Source of the DNA: Octopus vulgaris
Taxonomy: Eukaryota
DNA length: 64,000 nucleotides
Direction: 5' to 3'
Assembly (NCBI GenBank): GCA_951406725.2
Contig: OX597840.1
Coordinates: 5,084,001 to 5,148,000 of the forward strand
This document shows positions 13,735 to 27,311 of the stretch, piece after piece; position 1 is the first letter of the stretch; the number at the start of each line of letters is the position of its first letter. The notes under the pieces were generated by a model that worked only from the letters and a program-made list of their open reading frames with translations, was not told where the DNA came from and did not search any database. Both the position numbers and the translations under genes were made by a program.

Positions 13735-14254
13735 TAGGCACAGGTGTGACTGAGTGATAAGAAATTTGATTCTTAACCACATGGTTCCAGGTTGAGTTCC
13801 ACTGCGTGGCATCTCAGGCAAGTGTCTTCAAGTGTCTTATGATTAGATTTGGCTGATGGAAACTGAAAGAAGCCCATCGGACCCACTGTGTGGCACCTTG
13901 GGCGAGTGTCTTCTGCTATAGCCTCAGGTCAACCAAAGCCTTATGAATGGATTTGGTAGATGGAAACTGAAAGAAGCCCGTCGTATATATGTATATATAT
14001 ATGTGTGTGTTTGTATGTCTGTGTTTGTATGTCTGTGTTTGTATGTCTGTGTTTGTCCCCCACCCCCAAGATCGCTTGACAACCGGTGCTGGTGTGTTTA
14101 CGTCCCCGTAACTTAGCGGTCCGGCAAAAGAGACCGATAGAATAAGTACTAGGCTTACAAAGAATAAGTCCTAGGATCGATTTGCTCGACTGAAAGGCGG
14201 TGCTCCAGCATGGCCGCAGTCAAATGACTGAAACGAGTAAAAGAGTAAAAGAGT
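13735..14254 (+). mobile_element. SINE A with duplicated head region
   Basis: Two head/centre segments followed by one tail. Confidence 0.8.
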
Positions 14255-14769
14255 ATTTTCAAAATTAAGTGGAACAAAAGGCAGTGTATTTCAGTTGAAA
14301 TATGGTACCAAAATGGTTAGCTCTTTTGGAATCAACCCTCCAGAGACTGCCTCTGCTTCTCTGATGCAAGCTTTCTGCTGTAAAGTGGTTTAAATTAAAA
14401 ACCTTTCGTCAAAATTTCATTTTAATCTTGGCTCCAAACACCAACTTAATAACAATCAAGTTACTGAATTCTTCATTATTTCCAAAATTGAAACGACCAT
14501 TGTATTTGTATAGATTCTTCTCTTTATTTTTGCTTTTGTTTTCTTCTTTTTTTATAGAATTTTAATGTAAATAATGGATAATTTAAGATATTTAAGAAAA
14601 ATACTATTACACAAAATCTTCTATTTTCCGCTTCACAAATTTTTAATTTTTATTGAATTTTATTTTAACTTATTTTATTTTTAGAATTTAGAGTATTATC
14701 CATGATGGTTTGTAAATGTTGGATATGAACTGCCAAAGTTCTGCCATCCATGTTCCTCCCCTCAGATCC

Positions 14770-14997
14770 ACACACTTATTGCAGTGGTCCTTCAGTGTTT
14801 CTAAGTCCTGTAAAAGAACTTTACGAAAATAAACAAAAGATGAAGGCAGGTGGAGTACAAACAAACAAATGTATTAGTATAGTGCTCAGGAATAGAAATA
14901 AAACAAGTCTTTTACATTTCGAGCCTATGCTCTTCGACAGAAAGATACACAGAAAAAAACAAGGAGAGAAAAAAGGAGAGAAAAAAAAGGATATATA

Positions 14998-15031
<34 letters not shown>

Positions 15032-15065
15032 CATACATACATACATACATACATACATACATACA

Positions 15066-15097
<32 letters not shown>

Positions 15098-15183
15098 CAT
15101 ACATATATATACATATATACATACATATATACATACATGTATATACATACATACATACACATACATACATATACATACATACA

Positions 15184-15219
<36 letters not shown>

Positions 15220-15303
15220 TATACATACATACATACATATATACATACATGTATATACATACATACATACACATACATACATATACATACATACATACAT
15301 ACA

Positions 15304-15358
<55 letters not shown>

Positions 15359-15425
15359 TGATAAAAAGTTCATCCAGGCCTTTCATGAGACCCTTAAAGC
15401 CAGGAACTTTTCAGCATTCCCTTAT
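14770..15425 (-). mobile_element. Mariner-type MITE split by a hammerhead-like element and (TACA)n
   Basis: Both ends match the 63750-63870 element. Confidence 0.5.
14821..14992 (-). mobile_element. Short hammerhead-like element (motif at 14908-14945) nested in a mariner-type MITE
   Basis: TCTTT-CTGTCGA-A-GAGC-atag-GCTC-GAAA-TG-TA-AAAGA. Homologous to the copies at 45050 and 46700. Confidence 0.5.
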
Positions 15426-15552
15426 ATATGCTTGGAAAGTGAACTTCTAAGCTGAATAAGCATATATTTCTGAGTGTGTATATATGGCCTTGTGATTGTT
15501 GTGTTGGGCTTCTAATCCAAAGGACAAAGGTTCAATCGTTGGTTCGGGCAAT

Positions 15553-15960
15553 ACTCTCTCTTTTTACTATTTTACTTGTTTCAGTCATTTGACTGCGGCC
15601 ATGCTGGAGCACTGCCTTTAATCGAGCAACTCAACCCCAGGACTTATTCTTTTGTAAGCCCAGTACTTATTCTATCAGTCTCTTTTGCCGAACCGCTAAG
15701 TGACAGGGACGTAAACACACCAGCATCGGTTGTCAAGCAATGCTAGGGGGACAAACACAAACATACACGCACACACATATATATATATACATATATACGA
15801 AGGGTTTCTTTCAGTTTCCATCAAACAAATCCACTCACAATGCTTTGGTCGGCCTGAGGCTATAGTAGAAGACACTTGCCCAATGTGCCATGCAGTGGGA
15901 CTGAACCCGGAACCATGTGGTTGGTAAACAAGCTGCTTACTACACAGCCACAGCTGCACC
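15553..15960 (-). mobile_element. SINE A
   Basis: Full copy; the paralogous site near 23680 is empty. Confidence 0.85.
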
Positions 15961-16314
15961 AATGTATTGAATTTTTGAGCAATAGCAGTAAAAATGGATG
16001 TATCTGGTGCCTTCTTTTATTACACAGGCATTGAGTGGAGTGGAGTGGAGTAGTTGATAACATCAACCCCAAGATATAACTGATATTTTTTCCATTTTAT
16101 TGACTCCTTGAAATATAAAACATAAAGTCGACCTCTGCAACATTTGAACTCAGAATGTAAAGAGCTGAAAGAGGTACCACAGAGCATGAAATTTTGCTAG
16201 ATGGGGGAATAGTTGAAGACATTGACTCTAGGGTGATGACTACCCCAAAAGAATAAAATGTAAAGTCGACCTCAGCAAGATTTGAACTCATAATGTGAAA
16301 CCTGATGACATACT

Positions 16315-16733
16315 TATTTCTTTATTGCCCACAAGGGCTAAACACAGAGGGGACAAACAAGGACAGACAAAGAGATGAAGTCGATTACATTGACCCCAGT
16401 GTGTAACTGGTACTTATTTAATTGACCTCGAAAGGATGAAAGGCAAAGCAGACCTCAGCGGAATTTGAACTCAGAACATAGCGGAAGACGAAACACCTAG
16501 TTCTTTACTACCCACAAGGGGCTAAACACAGAGGGGACAAACAAGGACAGACAAATGGATTAAGTCGATTATATCGATCCCAGGGTGTAACTGGTATTTA
16601 TTTAATTGACCCCCGAAAGGATGAAAGGCAAAGTCGACCTTGGCAGAGTTTGAACTCAGAATGTAGGGGCAGACGAAATACTGCAAAGCATTTCGCCCGG
16701 TGTGCTAACGATTCTGCCAGCTCGCTGCCTTCT
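16315..16733 (-). mobile_element. SINE B dimer with a 14 bp TSD
   Basis: cctgatgacatact at 16301-14 and 16735-48. Confidence 0.85.
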
Positions 16734-16814
16734 GCCTGATGACATACTGCTAAGCACTCTGTCCAGTATGCTAATGGCTCAGACAGCTTGCCACTTTCAA
16801 TAATAATTATAATA

Positions 16815-17490
16815 GTTTCAAAATTTGGTACAAGGCCAGCAATGTTTAGTGGAGAGGTGATAAGTTGATTACATTGGCCCTAGTACTCAACTAGCATTTA
16901 TTTTATCGACCCGCAAAGGATGAAAGGCAAAGTCAACCTCAGCAGAATTTGAACTCAGAATGTGAGGATGGATCAAATACCACTAGGCATTTTCCTCAGT
17001 GTGCTAACAATTTTACCAGCTGGAGCCTTACTCATAATAATAATCTTTTCTACTAAAGGCACAAGGCCTGAAATTTATAGGGGAGGAGACCAGTCGATTA
17101 TATTGACCCCAGTGTCTCACTGGTACTGAGTTTATCGATTCCAAAAGGATGAAAGGCAAAGTCAGTTTTGTAGAATTTGAACTCAGAATGTAAAGACGGA
17201 CGAAATGCCGCTAAGCATTTTGCCCAGCGTGCTAACGGTTCTGCCAGCTCGTCACCTTGATAATACTAATAATATTAATGGTTTTAAATTTTGCCACAAG
17301 GGCAGCAATTTTGTGGGATGGGGTGGAGTTAATACATCAACCCCAGTATTCAACTGGTACTTATTTTTATCAACCCCAAAAGGATGAAAGGCAAGGTCGA
17401 CCTTGGTGGAATTTGAACTAAGAATGTAAAGATGGACGAAATGACACTAAGCATTTCACCTGACTTGCTAACGATTCTGCTAGCTCACCA

Positions 17491-17493
<3 letters not shown>
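16815..17493 (-). mobile_element. Three older SINE B relatives with a different tail, in tandem
   Basis: Same centre; tail ends in (ATT)n. Confidence 0.7.
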
Positions 17494-17567
<74 letters not shown>

Positions 17568-17570
<3 letters not shown>

Positions 17571-18955
17571 GCCCTGATGCAGTACCAGACAGTGGCTATC
17601 ATGGCTTTTGTTCTCAACTGATTGGAAGTGTTATCATATACATTGATTTGTCTTGGTAGAAAAGATGGGCTACAGCAAATATTCTGCTCAATACCACATA
17701 TTTGCTTGTCAGTTGCTTGACCTTAACCAGTTGAGCATGTCCCTTAGTGGCTGACGATATGTGCATCTCTGATCATGAGCAGAAGTAGTGGGGGAGCATC
17801 ATAGCCATGTGTTGAGAGGAATTCTTTTGGGTTTCAACAATTCACTCCTGGAAACATGGGTGGCTATTTCATTCAACATCCTTAAACAACCCTTATTCAA
17901 GGACCTTTTGAGCAGGATTGGATAGTACTCGACCTGAAGAAATTCTAACTGGGCCCTACCTGCAAGGTCATGTGCTGTTTATCTTGATATGAGATCACCA
18001 TGTCGCACACATATGGTTGTGATGCATGTGTCTGGTGTACCCTTATCAGATGGGAAATCATGATGGGTATACTGGGCTTCGTATATTTTACCCCAGTGTC
18101 ACTTTGATGGCATGAACTGCTCTCTCACTCAATAATAATAATAATAAAAATAATTGTTTTGTCTTGGTATAAAAGATGGGCTACAGCAAATATTCTGCTC
18201 AATACCACAGATTTGCTTGTCAGTTGCTTGACCGTAACCAGTTGAGCATGTCCCTTAGTGGCTGACGATATGTGCATCTCTGATCACGAGCAGAAGTAGT
18301 GGGGAGCATCATAGTCATGTGTTGAGAGGAATTCTTTGGAGTTTGGATAATTCACCTCTGGAAACATGGGTGTTTTGTTCAACATCCTTAAACAACCCTT
18401 ATTCAGGGACATTTTGAGCGGGATGGGGTAGTACTCAACCTGAAGAAATTCTAACTGAGCCCCACCTGTAAGATCATGTTCTGTTTAACTTGATATGAGA
18501 TCACCATGTCGCGCACATATGGTTGTGATGCATGTGCCTGGTGCACCCTTATCAGACGGGTAATCATGATGGATATACTGGGCTTTGTATATTTTTACCC
18601 CAGTGTCACTTTGATGGCATGCACTGTTCTCTCACTCAGCCATTCTTTTGGGTTTCAACACTTCACCCCTAGAAACATGGGTGGCTATTTCATTCAACAT
18701 CCTTAAACAACCCTTATTCAGGGACCTTTTGAGCAGGACGGGGTAGTACTCGACCAGAAGAAAATTCTAACTGGGCCCCACCTGCAAGGTCATGTGCTGT
18801 TTATCTTGATATGAAATCACCATGTCGTGCACATATGGTTATGATGCATGTGCCTGGTGTACCCTTATCAGACGCGTAGTCATGATGGGTATACTGGGCT
18901 TTGTATATTTTTACCCCAGTGTCACTTTGATGACATGTACCGCTCTCTCACTCAA
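17568..18955. mobile_element. Three tandem, partly truncated copies of a ~550 bp non-coding repeat in (AAT)n
   Basis: Copies at ~17568-18133, 18150-18640 and 18640-18955; flanked by AAT tracts. Confidence 0.7.
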
Positions 18956-19362
18956 TAATAATAATAATAATAATAATGATAATAATAATAATAATAATGA
19001 TAATAATTAATCAATGAAATGCGAGATCATACAAGTGTTAGTTTGAGTTTCATGTTACTTGGTTTTTTTTGCCATAGATTTTGTAGAAACAAGAGAAAAG
19101 AAAAACTGATATAAAAAGATTTTTTTTAAAGAAGTTGAAGAATTTCAAGAAAGAATTAAAAGAAAGAATCGAAGAATCACAACAACAACAACAACATCAA
19201 CAATATAGAATATATAAAAAAAGAAAAAAAAAGAATTGGAAAATAGAGAAAAAGTAAAACAAAAAAAAAACATTAATATAAGAAAAAATATAATGGTGAA
19301 GAAAGAAATATATAGAAATCTCTTCAGTAGGATCCAAATCAGCAGAAAAATTTGCAACCCTC

Positions 19363-19404
19363 GCCACCACCACCACCACCACCACCACCACTACTACTAC
19401 TACC

Positions 19405-19454
<50 letters not shown>

Positions 19455-19629
19455 AACCACTACTACAACTACTACTACTACTACTACTACTACTACCACT
19501 ACTACTACCACTACTACTACCATAACTACTACCACTACTACTACTACCACCACCACCACTACTACTACTACCACTACTACCACCACTACTACTACTACTA
19601 CTACCACCACCACCACCACCACCACCACT

Positions 19630-19679
<50 letters not shown>

Positions 19680-19683
19680 AACC

Positions 19684-19715
<32 letters not shown>

Positions 19716-19764
19716 CACTACTACCACCACCACTACTACCACTACTACTACCACTACTACTACC

Positions 19765-19796
<32 letters not shown>

Positions 19797-19930
19797 CACC
19801 ACTACTACTACTACTACTACCACCACTAATACTATTACTACTACTACCACCACCACCACCACCACCACCACCACTACCACCACTACTACTACCACTACTG
19901 CCACTACCACTACTACCACCACCCACCACC
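19363..19930. repeat. (CCA/CTA)n compound microsatellite
   Basis: Read directly from the sequence. Confidence 0.95.
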
Positions 19931-19976
19931 ACCCTCACAACAACAAGCATATCCATCACCACCACTGCCACTGCAA

Positions 19977-20007
<31 letters not shown>

Positions 20008-20284
20008 CGCTGTCGCTGTACTGCCTCATCTCTGCCCTCCCACTACTGCTCTGTCACTGTCTCTCCCCCTCCTCCCACTACACCCTCTCTGTCTGCCTGT
20101 CTATCTGTCTGTCTGTCCTTCTCTCTCTTCCTCTCCCCCTCTCCCCTCTCTCCCCCCTCTCTCCCCCTCTCCCCCTCTCCCCTCTCTCTCCCCCTCTCCC
20201 CTCTCTCTCCCCCTCCCTCTCTCCATCAAGCTGCCTACATAGCAAACACTCTTTTTTGCTAACAGGGATTTTTTTCTTTCTTTC

Positions 20285-20313
20285 CGATTGACAGCTGAAG
20301 TCGCCATGACAAC
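20285..20313. promoter_or_regulatory. Candidate cis-regulatory module: PBX/MEIS-like site, E-box and RFX X-box
   Basis: CGATTGACAG (20285-94) overlaps CAGCTG and is followed by GTCGCCATGACAAC (20300-13), which is close to the X-box GTTGCCATGGCAAC. It lies in a unique island between microsatellites. Confidence 0.35.
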
Positions 20314-20347
20314 TCTTCCCAGTAAGGCTCTCCTCTTTATCTGTTTT

Positions 20348-20404
<57 letters not shown>

Positions 20405-20425
20405 CACACATGGGTGCACATGCAT

Positions 20426-20463
<38 letters not shown>

Positions 20464-20535
20464 TCTCCCTGTTTCCCTTTCACTCTCCAAAAATACATTT
20501 GTCTATATGCATACATACATACATATATATATATG

Positions 20536-20604
<69 letters not shown>

Positions 20605-20627
20605 ATATATATATAAATATATGTATG

Positions 20628-20710
<83 letters not shown>

Positions 20711-20750
20711 CACACACATATATATATGTGTGTGTATATATATATATGTA

Positions 20751-20802
<52 letters not shown>

Positions 20803-20898
20803 CATATATATATCTATGTATATATATATACATATATATATATAAATATATATATATATACACATACATATATTTATATATATATATACATATATATA

Positions 20899-20953
<55 letters not shown>

Positions 20954-21374
20954 ATCCCTCTCTGTTACTTTACCTTCTCTTTTTGTTGCCAACCCTCTCT
21001 TTCTCCTTTTTCTCTCTCTTTCTTCCTTTTTCTCTCTCTTTCCTTAGCTCTCCACTCTCCGCATCCTTCCTCTTTCTCTCTTTTCTTCTCTCTCCCTGCC
21101 TTTCTCATTTTTCCATTTTCTCTCCTCACCTTGTTTAAATACACACACACACTCTCCCTCTTTCTTACTCCCTTTACGCTCTGCCTCATATATCCTCCCT
21201 GTCTCCCTCTCTCCCTCTCTCTCATTCTCTCTCTCTTTCTCTCGCTCTCTCTTTCTCTTGCTCTCCCTCTCTCGCTCTCACTTTCTCTCTATTTGATGTT
21301 CAGTGCAATTGTCATCTCATGCATCTGTTGCTGCGGCTTCTGTTATTATTCCTGCTGCTACATACGCATCTGTA

Positions 21375-21965
21375 CCATGTGTCACTTCGCTCCACACTAT
21401 TCCACATCGTGCCACATTGCTCCACCCTGTGTCACAATTCCCCACAGTGCTTCTCCCATGTTCCACACTGCGTCACATCGTGCCACACTGCTCCTCATCG
21501 TGCCATATTTTTCCTCACTGTGCCATACTACTCCTCACTATGTCACACTACTCTGCATTACATCACATTATCCCTCACTGTGCCACACCACTCCACATCA
21601 CATAACGTTATTCCTCACCGTACCACACTACAGCACATTTCCTCACATTGTGCCTCATGGTGTCACTCCTCATTATGTCGCACTACTCTGCATCATATCC
21701 TATTATCACTCACTGTGTCACACTGCTCCTCACTGTGCCACACCACTCCACATCACATCACGTTATTCTTCACCGTGCCACACTATACCACATTGCTCCA
21801 CCCTGTGTCACAATTCCCCACATTGCTTCTCCCTGTTCCACACTGTGTCACATCGTGCCACACTGCTCCTCATCGTGCCATATTTTTCCTCACTGTGCCA
21901 CACCACTCCACATCACATCACGTTATTCTTCACCGTGCCACACTACACCACATTATGTCACATTC
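21375..21965. repeat. Degenerate CAC-rich minisatellite with a higher-order duplication
   Basis: Recurring cactgtgccacac; 21410-21525 matches 21789-21900. Confidence 0.8.
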
Positions 21966-21966
21966 A

Positions 21967-22615
21967 ACTATAGCCTCGGGCCGACCAAAGCCTTGTGAAT
22001 GAATTTGGTAGACAGAAACTGAAAGAAGCCCGTCGTATATATGTATATATATATATATGTGTGTGTATATGTTTGTGTGTCTGTGTTTGTACCCCGATGC
22101 TGGTGTGTTTACGTCCTCGTAACTTAGCGGTTCGGCAAAAGAGACAGATAGAATAAGTACTAGGCTTACAAAGAATAAGTCCTGGGGTCGATTTGCTCGA
22201 CTAAAGGCAATGCTTCAGCATGGCCACAGTCAAATGACTGAAACAAATAAAAGAGTAAAAGAGAGAGTATTCTATACCTGACTGTAACATGTTTATGTCA
22301 CAGCTGAATTTCAAAGAAACATTTACCACAGAACCAGATAACCCATTCATCTGTTTTTATGATATACATCTCTCCCTCTCTCTCTCACTCTCTTACTCTT
22401 TTATTTGTTTCAGTCATTTGACTGTGGCCATGCTGGAGCACCGCCTTTAGTCGAGCAAATTGACCTCACAACTTATTCTTTGTAAGCCTAGTACTTATTC
22501 TATCTGTCTCTTTTGCTGAACCGCTAAGTTATGGGGACGTAAACACACCACCATCGGTTGTCAAGTGATATTGTGAGGATAAACACAAACACACAAACAT
22601 ACACACACAGACACA
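21967..22615. mobile_element. Two partial SINE A copies, tail to tail
   Basis: 21967-22268 (+) and 22386-22615 (-). Confidence 0.8.
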
Positions 22616-22619
22616 CAAA

Positions 22620-22960
22620 ACTTAGTTTGACTGGAAACTGAAGCATCTTAAATTCAAATCGAACATTTGTAAGTGTGAGAGGAATTTTGTGAATAAAGAC
22701 TTTTTCTCCTTCATGACTACCTGTTATGATTCTTGCCTGTAGGACATGGGGCTTCGTGAAAGTAACAATTAAGCGAGTTCTGTATCACAGGTGAGATGGG
22801 TCTAGATTTCTAAGCAACATAATAGGAGCACCCAGTTTTAGTGTCAAGTTATACGGTGATACCCCTGGTTTCAGTGTGTTCAGAAATTCAACAGGATATT
22901 GAACAACCTGATCTTGATCGACTGTTGTCAATTGAAAAGTCATTTCTGATGTATTTGTTG
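22620..22960 (-). mobile_element. Helitron PIF1-like helicase fragment
   Basis: [27 protein letters not shown], followed by a decayed (C)NGTRL motif. Confidence 0.8.
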
Positions 22961-22962
22961 AC

Positions 22963-23337
22963 TTAGCAGTATTTTGTCTGCCGTCATGTTCTGAGTTCAA
23001 ATTCTGCCGAGATTGACTTTGCCTTTCATCCTTTTGGGGTCGATAAATTAAGTACCAGTTACACACTGGGGTCAATGTAATCAACTTAATCCTTTTGTCT
23101 GTCCTTGCTTGTCCCCTCTATGTTTAGGCCTTGTGTGTAGTAAAGAAATAGATATTTCATCTGCCGTTATGTTCTGAGTACAAATTCTGCCAAGGTCGAC
23201 TTTGCCTTTCATCCTTTCGGGGTTGATAAATTAAGTACCAGTTACACATTGGGGTTGATGTAACCAACTTAATCCCTTTGTCTGTCCTTGTTTGTCCCCT
23301 CTATGTTTAGCCCCTTGTGAGCAATAAAGAAATAAGT
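22963..23337 (+). mobile_element. SINE B dimer
   Basis: Same junction type as the other dimers. Confidence 0.8.
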
Positions 23338-23989
23338 ATGTCACCAGGCTTCACATTATGAGTTCAAATGGTGCCGAGGTCAACTTTACATTTTACCCTT
23401 TTGGGGTTGTCATCACCCAAGGGTCAATGTCTTCAACTATTCCCCCATCTAGCAAAATTTCATGTTCTGTGATACTTTTTTCAGCTCTTTACATTCTGAG
23501 TTCAAATGTTGCTGAGGTCGACTTTACGTTTTATATTTTAAGGAGTCAATAAAATGGAAAAAATATCAGTTATATCTTGGGGTCGATGTTATCAACTAAT
23601 CCACTCCACTCAATGCTTGTGTAATAGGAGAAGGCACCAGATACATCCATTTTTACTGCTATTGCTCAAAAATTCAATACATTGCCCGAACCAATGATTG
23701 AACCGTCGTCCTTTGGATTAGAATTGTTGAGGTTACTCCTCCTTGGTGAAGAGGATTGGCCTGCAAGAGACCTGTGTTAGTGCCACGTACTGGTGTCACG
23801 TGGAAGTGCTTGTTCTGGTACCACATAAAAAAGCACCCAGCACACACCGTAAAGTGGTTGGTTTTAGGAAGGGCATCCAGCCATAGCAAACCACGTCAAA
23901 TCAGACTGGAACCTGATGGTACAGTTCTCCAGTTTGCCAGCATGAAAAATAATGGACATTAAAGGAGGAGGAGGAGGAGGAGGAGGATG

Positions 23990-24060
<71 letters not shown>

Positions 24061-24068
24061 GGTAGTGG

Positions 24069-24100
<32 letters not shown>

Positions 24101-24193
24101 GTGGTGATGATGGTGGTGGTGGTGGTGGTGGTGGTGGTGGTGGTGGTGGTGGTGGTGGTGGTGGTGGTGGTGGTGGTGGTGGTGGTGGTGGTG

Positions 24194-24237
<44 letters not shown>

Positions 24238-24579
24238 GGTGGTGGTGGTGGTGGTGATGATGATGATGATGATGGAGAAGAACTTTGCTCTTCATCTTTC
24301 TGGAACAGATTATGTACAGTAACCAATCAGATTCTGGAACTGTTAAAATTAATTAATTAAAATTGATTCACTTGTTCACGTCAAACTTGCTGGCCTAGTG
24401 TGCCTAAATTAAAAGTAATTATTATAAGGAAATAAACTTGCTAACGATACAGCCATGCCTTTGCATTAATGTTAATTAACAATAATTAACCTGTATCAGA
24501 TGGACTGACATAGACAAACTATCATAGTTTACATTAACAATACTCAGAGAGGATTTGATTCATGGAAACTGTGTGGAAG

Positions 24580-25416
24580 CCTGTGTGGTAAGAAGCTTGC
24601 TTCCCAACCACATGGTTCTGAGTTCTGTCCCACCGTGTGACAACTTGGGCAAGTGTCTTCTACTATAGCCTCAAGCTGACCAAAGCCTTGTGAGTGGATT
24701 TGCTAGGTGGTAACTGAAAGAAGCCCATTTGTAGTTGTGGTACCAGTGCCGGTGACACGTAAGAGAACCATCCGAACTTGGCCGTTGCCAGCGCTGCCCC
24801 GACTGGCCTCATGCCAGTGGCACGTAAAAAGCACCATCCGATCGTGGCCGTTTGCCAGCCTCGCCTGGCCCCTGTGCCGGTGGCACGTAAAAAGCACCAC
24901 ACGATCGTGGCCGTTTACCAGCCTCGTCTGGCACCTGTGTCGGTGGCACGTAAAAAGCACCCACTACACTCACGGAGTGGTTGGCGTTAAGAAGGGCATC
25001 CAGCTGTAGAAACACTACCAGATCTGACTGGCCTGGTGCAGCCTTCAGGCTTCCCAGACCCCAGTTGAACCGTCCAACCCATGCCAGCATGGAAAGCGGA
25101 CGTTAAACGATGATGATGATGATGATGATGATATATATATATATAGGGAGAGAGAGAGAGAGAGAGAGAAAGTCAGAGATATTTATGTGTGTGTGTGTTT
25201 GTGTCTGTGTTTGTCCTTCCACCATTGCTTGACAACCGATGCTGGTGTGTTTATGTCCCCATAACTTAGTGGTCCAGCAAAAGAGACCAATAGAATAAGT
25301 ATTAGGCTTACAAAGAATAAGGCCTGAGGTCGATTTCTTTCACTGAAAAACCCTTTAAGATGATGCTCCAGCATGACCACAGTCAAGTGACTGAAACAAG
25401 AAAAAGCATAAAAGAA
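24580..25416 (+). mobile_element. SINE A head + SINE E + SINE A tail composite
   Basis: A head 24580-24730, E 24730-25130, A tail 25185-25416. Confidence 0.7.
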
Positions 25417-25683
25417 TGTGTGTGGGGGGGGGGCATGGCTATGTGGTTAAGAAGCTCTTTTGCAACCCAAAAGGTTCTTGGTTCAGTCTCGCTTCATGGC
25501 TCTCTGGGCAAAGTGTCTTCTGTTACAACCCCAAGCGGACCAATACCCTCTGACTGAATTTAGTGGAGGAAAACTGCATGGAAGCCTGTCTTACACATGC
25601 TGCATGTGTGTCTATGCATGCATGTTGGTTTTCCCACTGCCATCGTTTGACAACCGGTGCTGGTTTGTTTACATCCCCACAGT

Positions 25684-25907
25684 TTAATCCCTTTGCCATT
25701 CGCATTACTCTATCAAATATAATGCTTTTTTGATTCACACTTGCATTATCTTTCGCACGTGCATTATCTTGTAGTTTCTATGATGTGATTGCATAGTTTT
25801 AGAATGGCATTGTAGAGTAGGTGTGAGAGGCTGGATCTGACCAGTTTGAACATAAAACAAATAGAATATTTGGGCGAGATATAGCTGGTTTGAATACTAA
25901 AGGTTAA
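25684..25907. mobile_element. piggyBac-like MITE
   Basis: TTAA-(T)CCCTTT..CATTC / GAATACTAAAGG-TTAA termini; a related end lies at 54336-54410. Confidence 0.45.
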
Positions 25908-25914
25908 AAAAATA

Positions 25915-26370
25915 ATAATAATAATGAAATTATTGTATACAGTGCTCAGGTGCACCACAACTTGTCAGAAAGTGCGTATAGAGTATATGCAGTAATGTAC
26001 AAATGACTGGAAAGCGAACAATGTATGAGTCAGGTACATGCTTGTGTGTGTATGGAGGGGAGAAAATCAGGTGTAGTGTTGGCGAATCTCAGGAAGCATG
26101 GAAGTTTTGAAGGATGCAGTGCTCCGACAACTAACAACTGATGCCGGCAGTATGTTCCATGCTTCAGCAACTCTCAGCATGAAAAAATGTTTCCTAAAGT
26201 CATGGGAGCTGTGCTGTTTTCTTACTTTGTAAATATGTCCACGGGTGTTAGACGGGTGGAGTTTGAAAAGGTGCTCAGAGTTATTGTTTGTAAGATGGTT
26301 AATAATTTTATGGGTGTCTGCCAAGTCAGCTGCCAGACGTCGGAGTTTCAATGTGTCCATGCCCAGGGAA
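25915..26370 (-). mobile_element. CR1 LINE 3' end
   Basis: LRRLAADL..THKII...NTRGH...RKHFF.LRV..AWN.LP motifs, followed by a 3' UTR and ATT tail. Confidence 0.8.
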
Positions 26371-26588
26371 GTAAAGGTTCGGCTAAGGATACCCTAGGAG
26401 GACCAATAGAATAAACACCAGATTTCAAAAGGAGGGAGAAAAAAAAAACGGTGCTGGAGTTGATTTATTCAAAGTGGTACTCCAGCATGGCCACAGTAGG
26501 GCAATAACTGAAACAAGGTAGAGTTAAAGATAACCCTATATTGCAAAGAATTTTTTTTTTTATTAAGTTTTCCTTTTATATTTTATTT

Positions 26589-26807
26589 TACTCTTTTACT
26601 CTTTTACTTGTTTCAGTCATTTGTCTGCGGCCATGCTGGAGCACCGCCTTTAGTTGAGCAATCGACCCCCCAGGACTTATTCTTTGTAAGCCTAGTACTT
26701 ATTCTATCAGTCTCTTTTGCCAATCCGCTAAGTTACGGGGGACGTGAACACACCACCATCAGTTGTCAAGCGATGTTGAGTAGGGGGGAACAAACACAGA
26801 CACACAA

Positions 26808-26864
<57 letters not shown>

Positions 26865-26886
26865 AATATACACACTCACACACACG

Positions 26887-26931
<45 letters not shown>

Positions 26932-27094
26932 GACAGGCTTCTTTCAGTTTCCGTCTACCAAATCCACTAACAAGACTTTGGTCTGCCCGAGGCTATAGAT
27001 GAAGACACTCGCCCAAGGTGCCACGCAGTGGGAATGAACCAGGAACCATGTGGCTAGTAAGCAAGCTACTTACCACACAGCCACTCCTATGCCT
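26589..27094 (-). mobile_element. SINE A
   Basis: Full copy. Confidence 0.85.
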
Positions 27095-27311
27095 ATTTTA
27101 TCAATTTTTTTTTCAAATTCATCACATTTGCCCTAAAAGCCTGCTGCATGTTACTGCAGACACGCTTGGCATCGCAGCTGCACTGAGTGATGCTCACACC
27201 TAATTCTTGGATCAATGCCAAAGTGATTTATGACTGGATAACTACAACGCAATGCCTCGTTTCTCTCAGAATGGAGTTCTTCAAACAACAACAACATCAA
27301 CAGCAGTAACA

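Noticed and set aside
19236-19971. Poly-His/Tyr, poly-Val and Gly/Ser ORFs, and similar ORFs near 23.9k, 36.3k, 43.6k and 62k
   Set aside because: Trinucleotide repeats open in several frames, with no splice or homology support.
19950-20070. PPLPLQLLLLLLLLLLP resembling the PTPRN2 signal peptide (exon 1)
   Set aside because: No in-frame ATG and no phase-1 donor; explained by CTA/CTG repeats.
24755-24965. Regularly spaced gtggcacgtaaaaagcacc repeats resembling a CRISPR array
   Set aside because: Eukaryotic DNA; the spacers are similar to each other and form the internal tandem repeat of SINE E.
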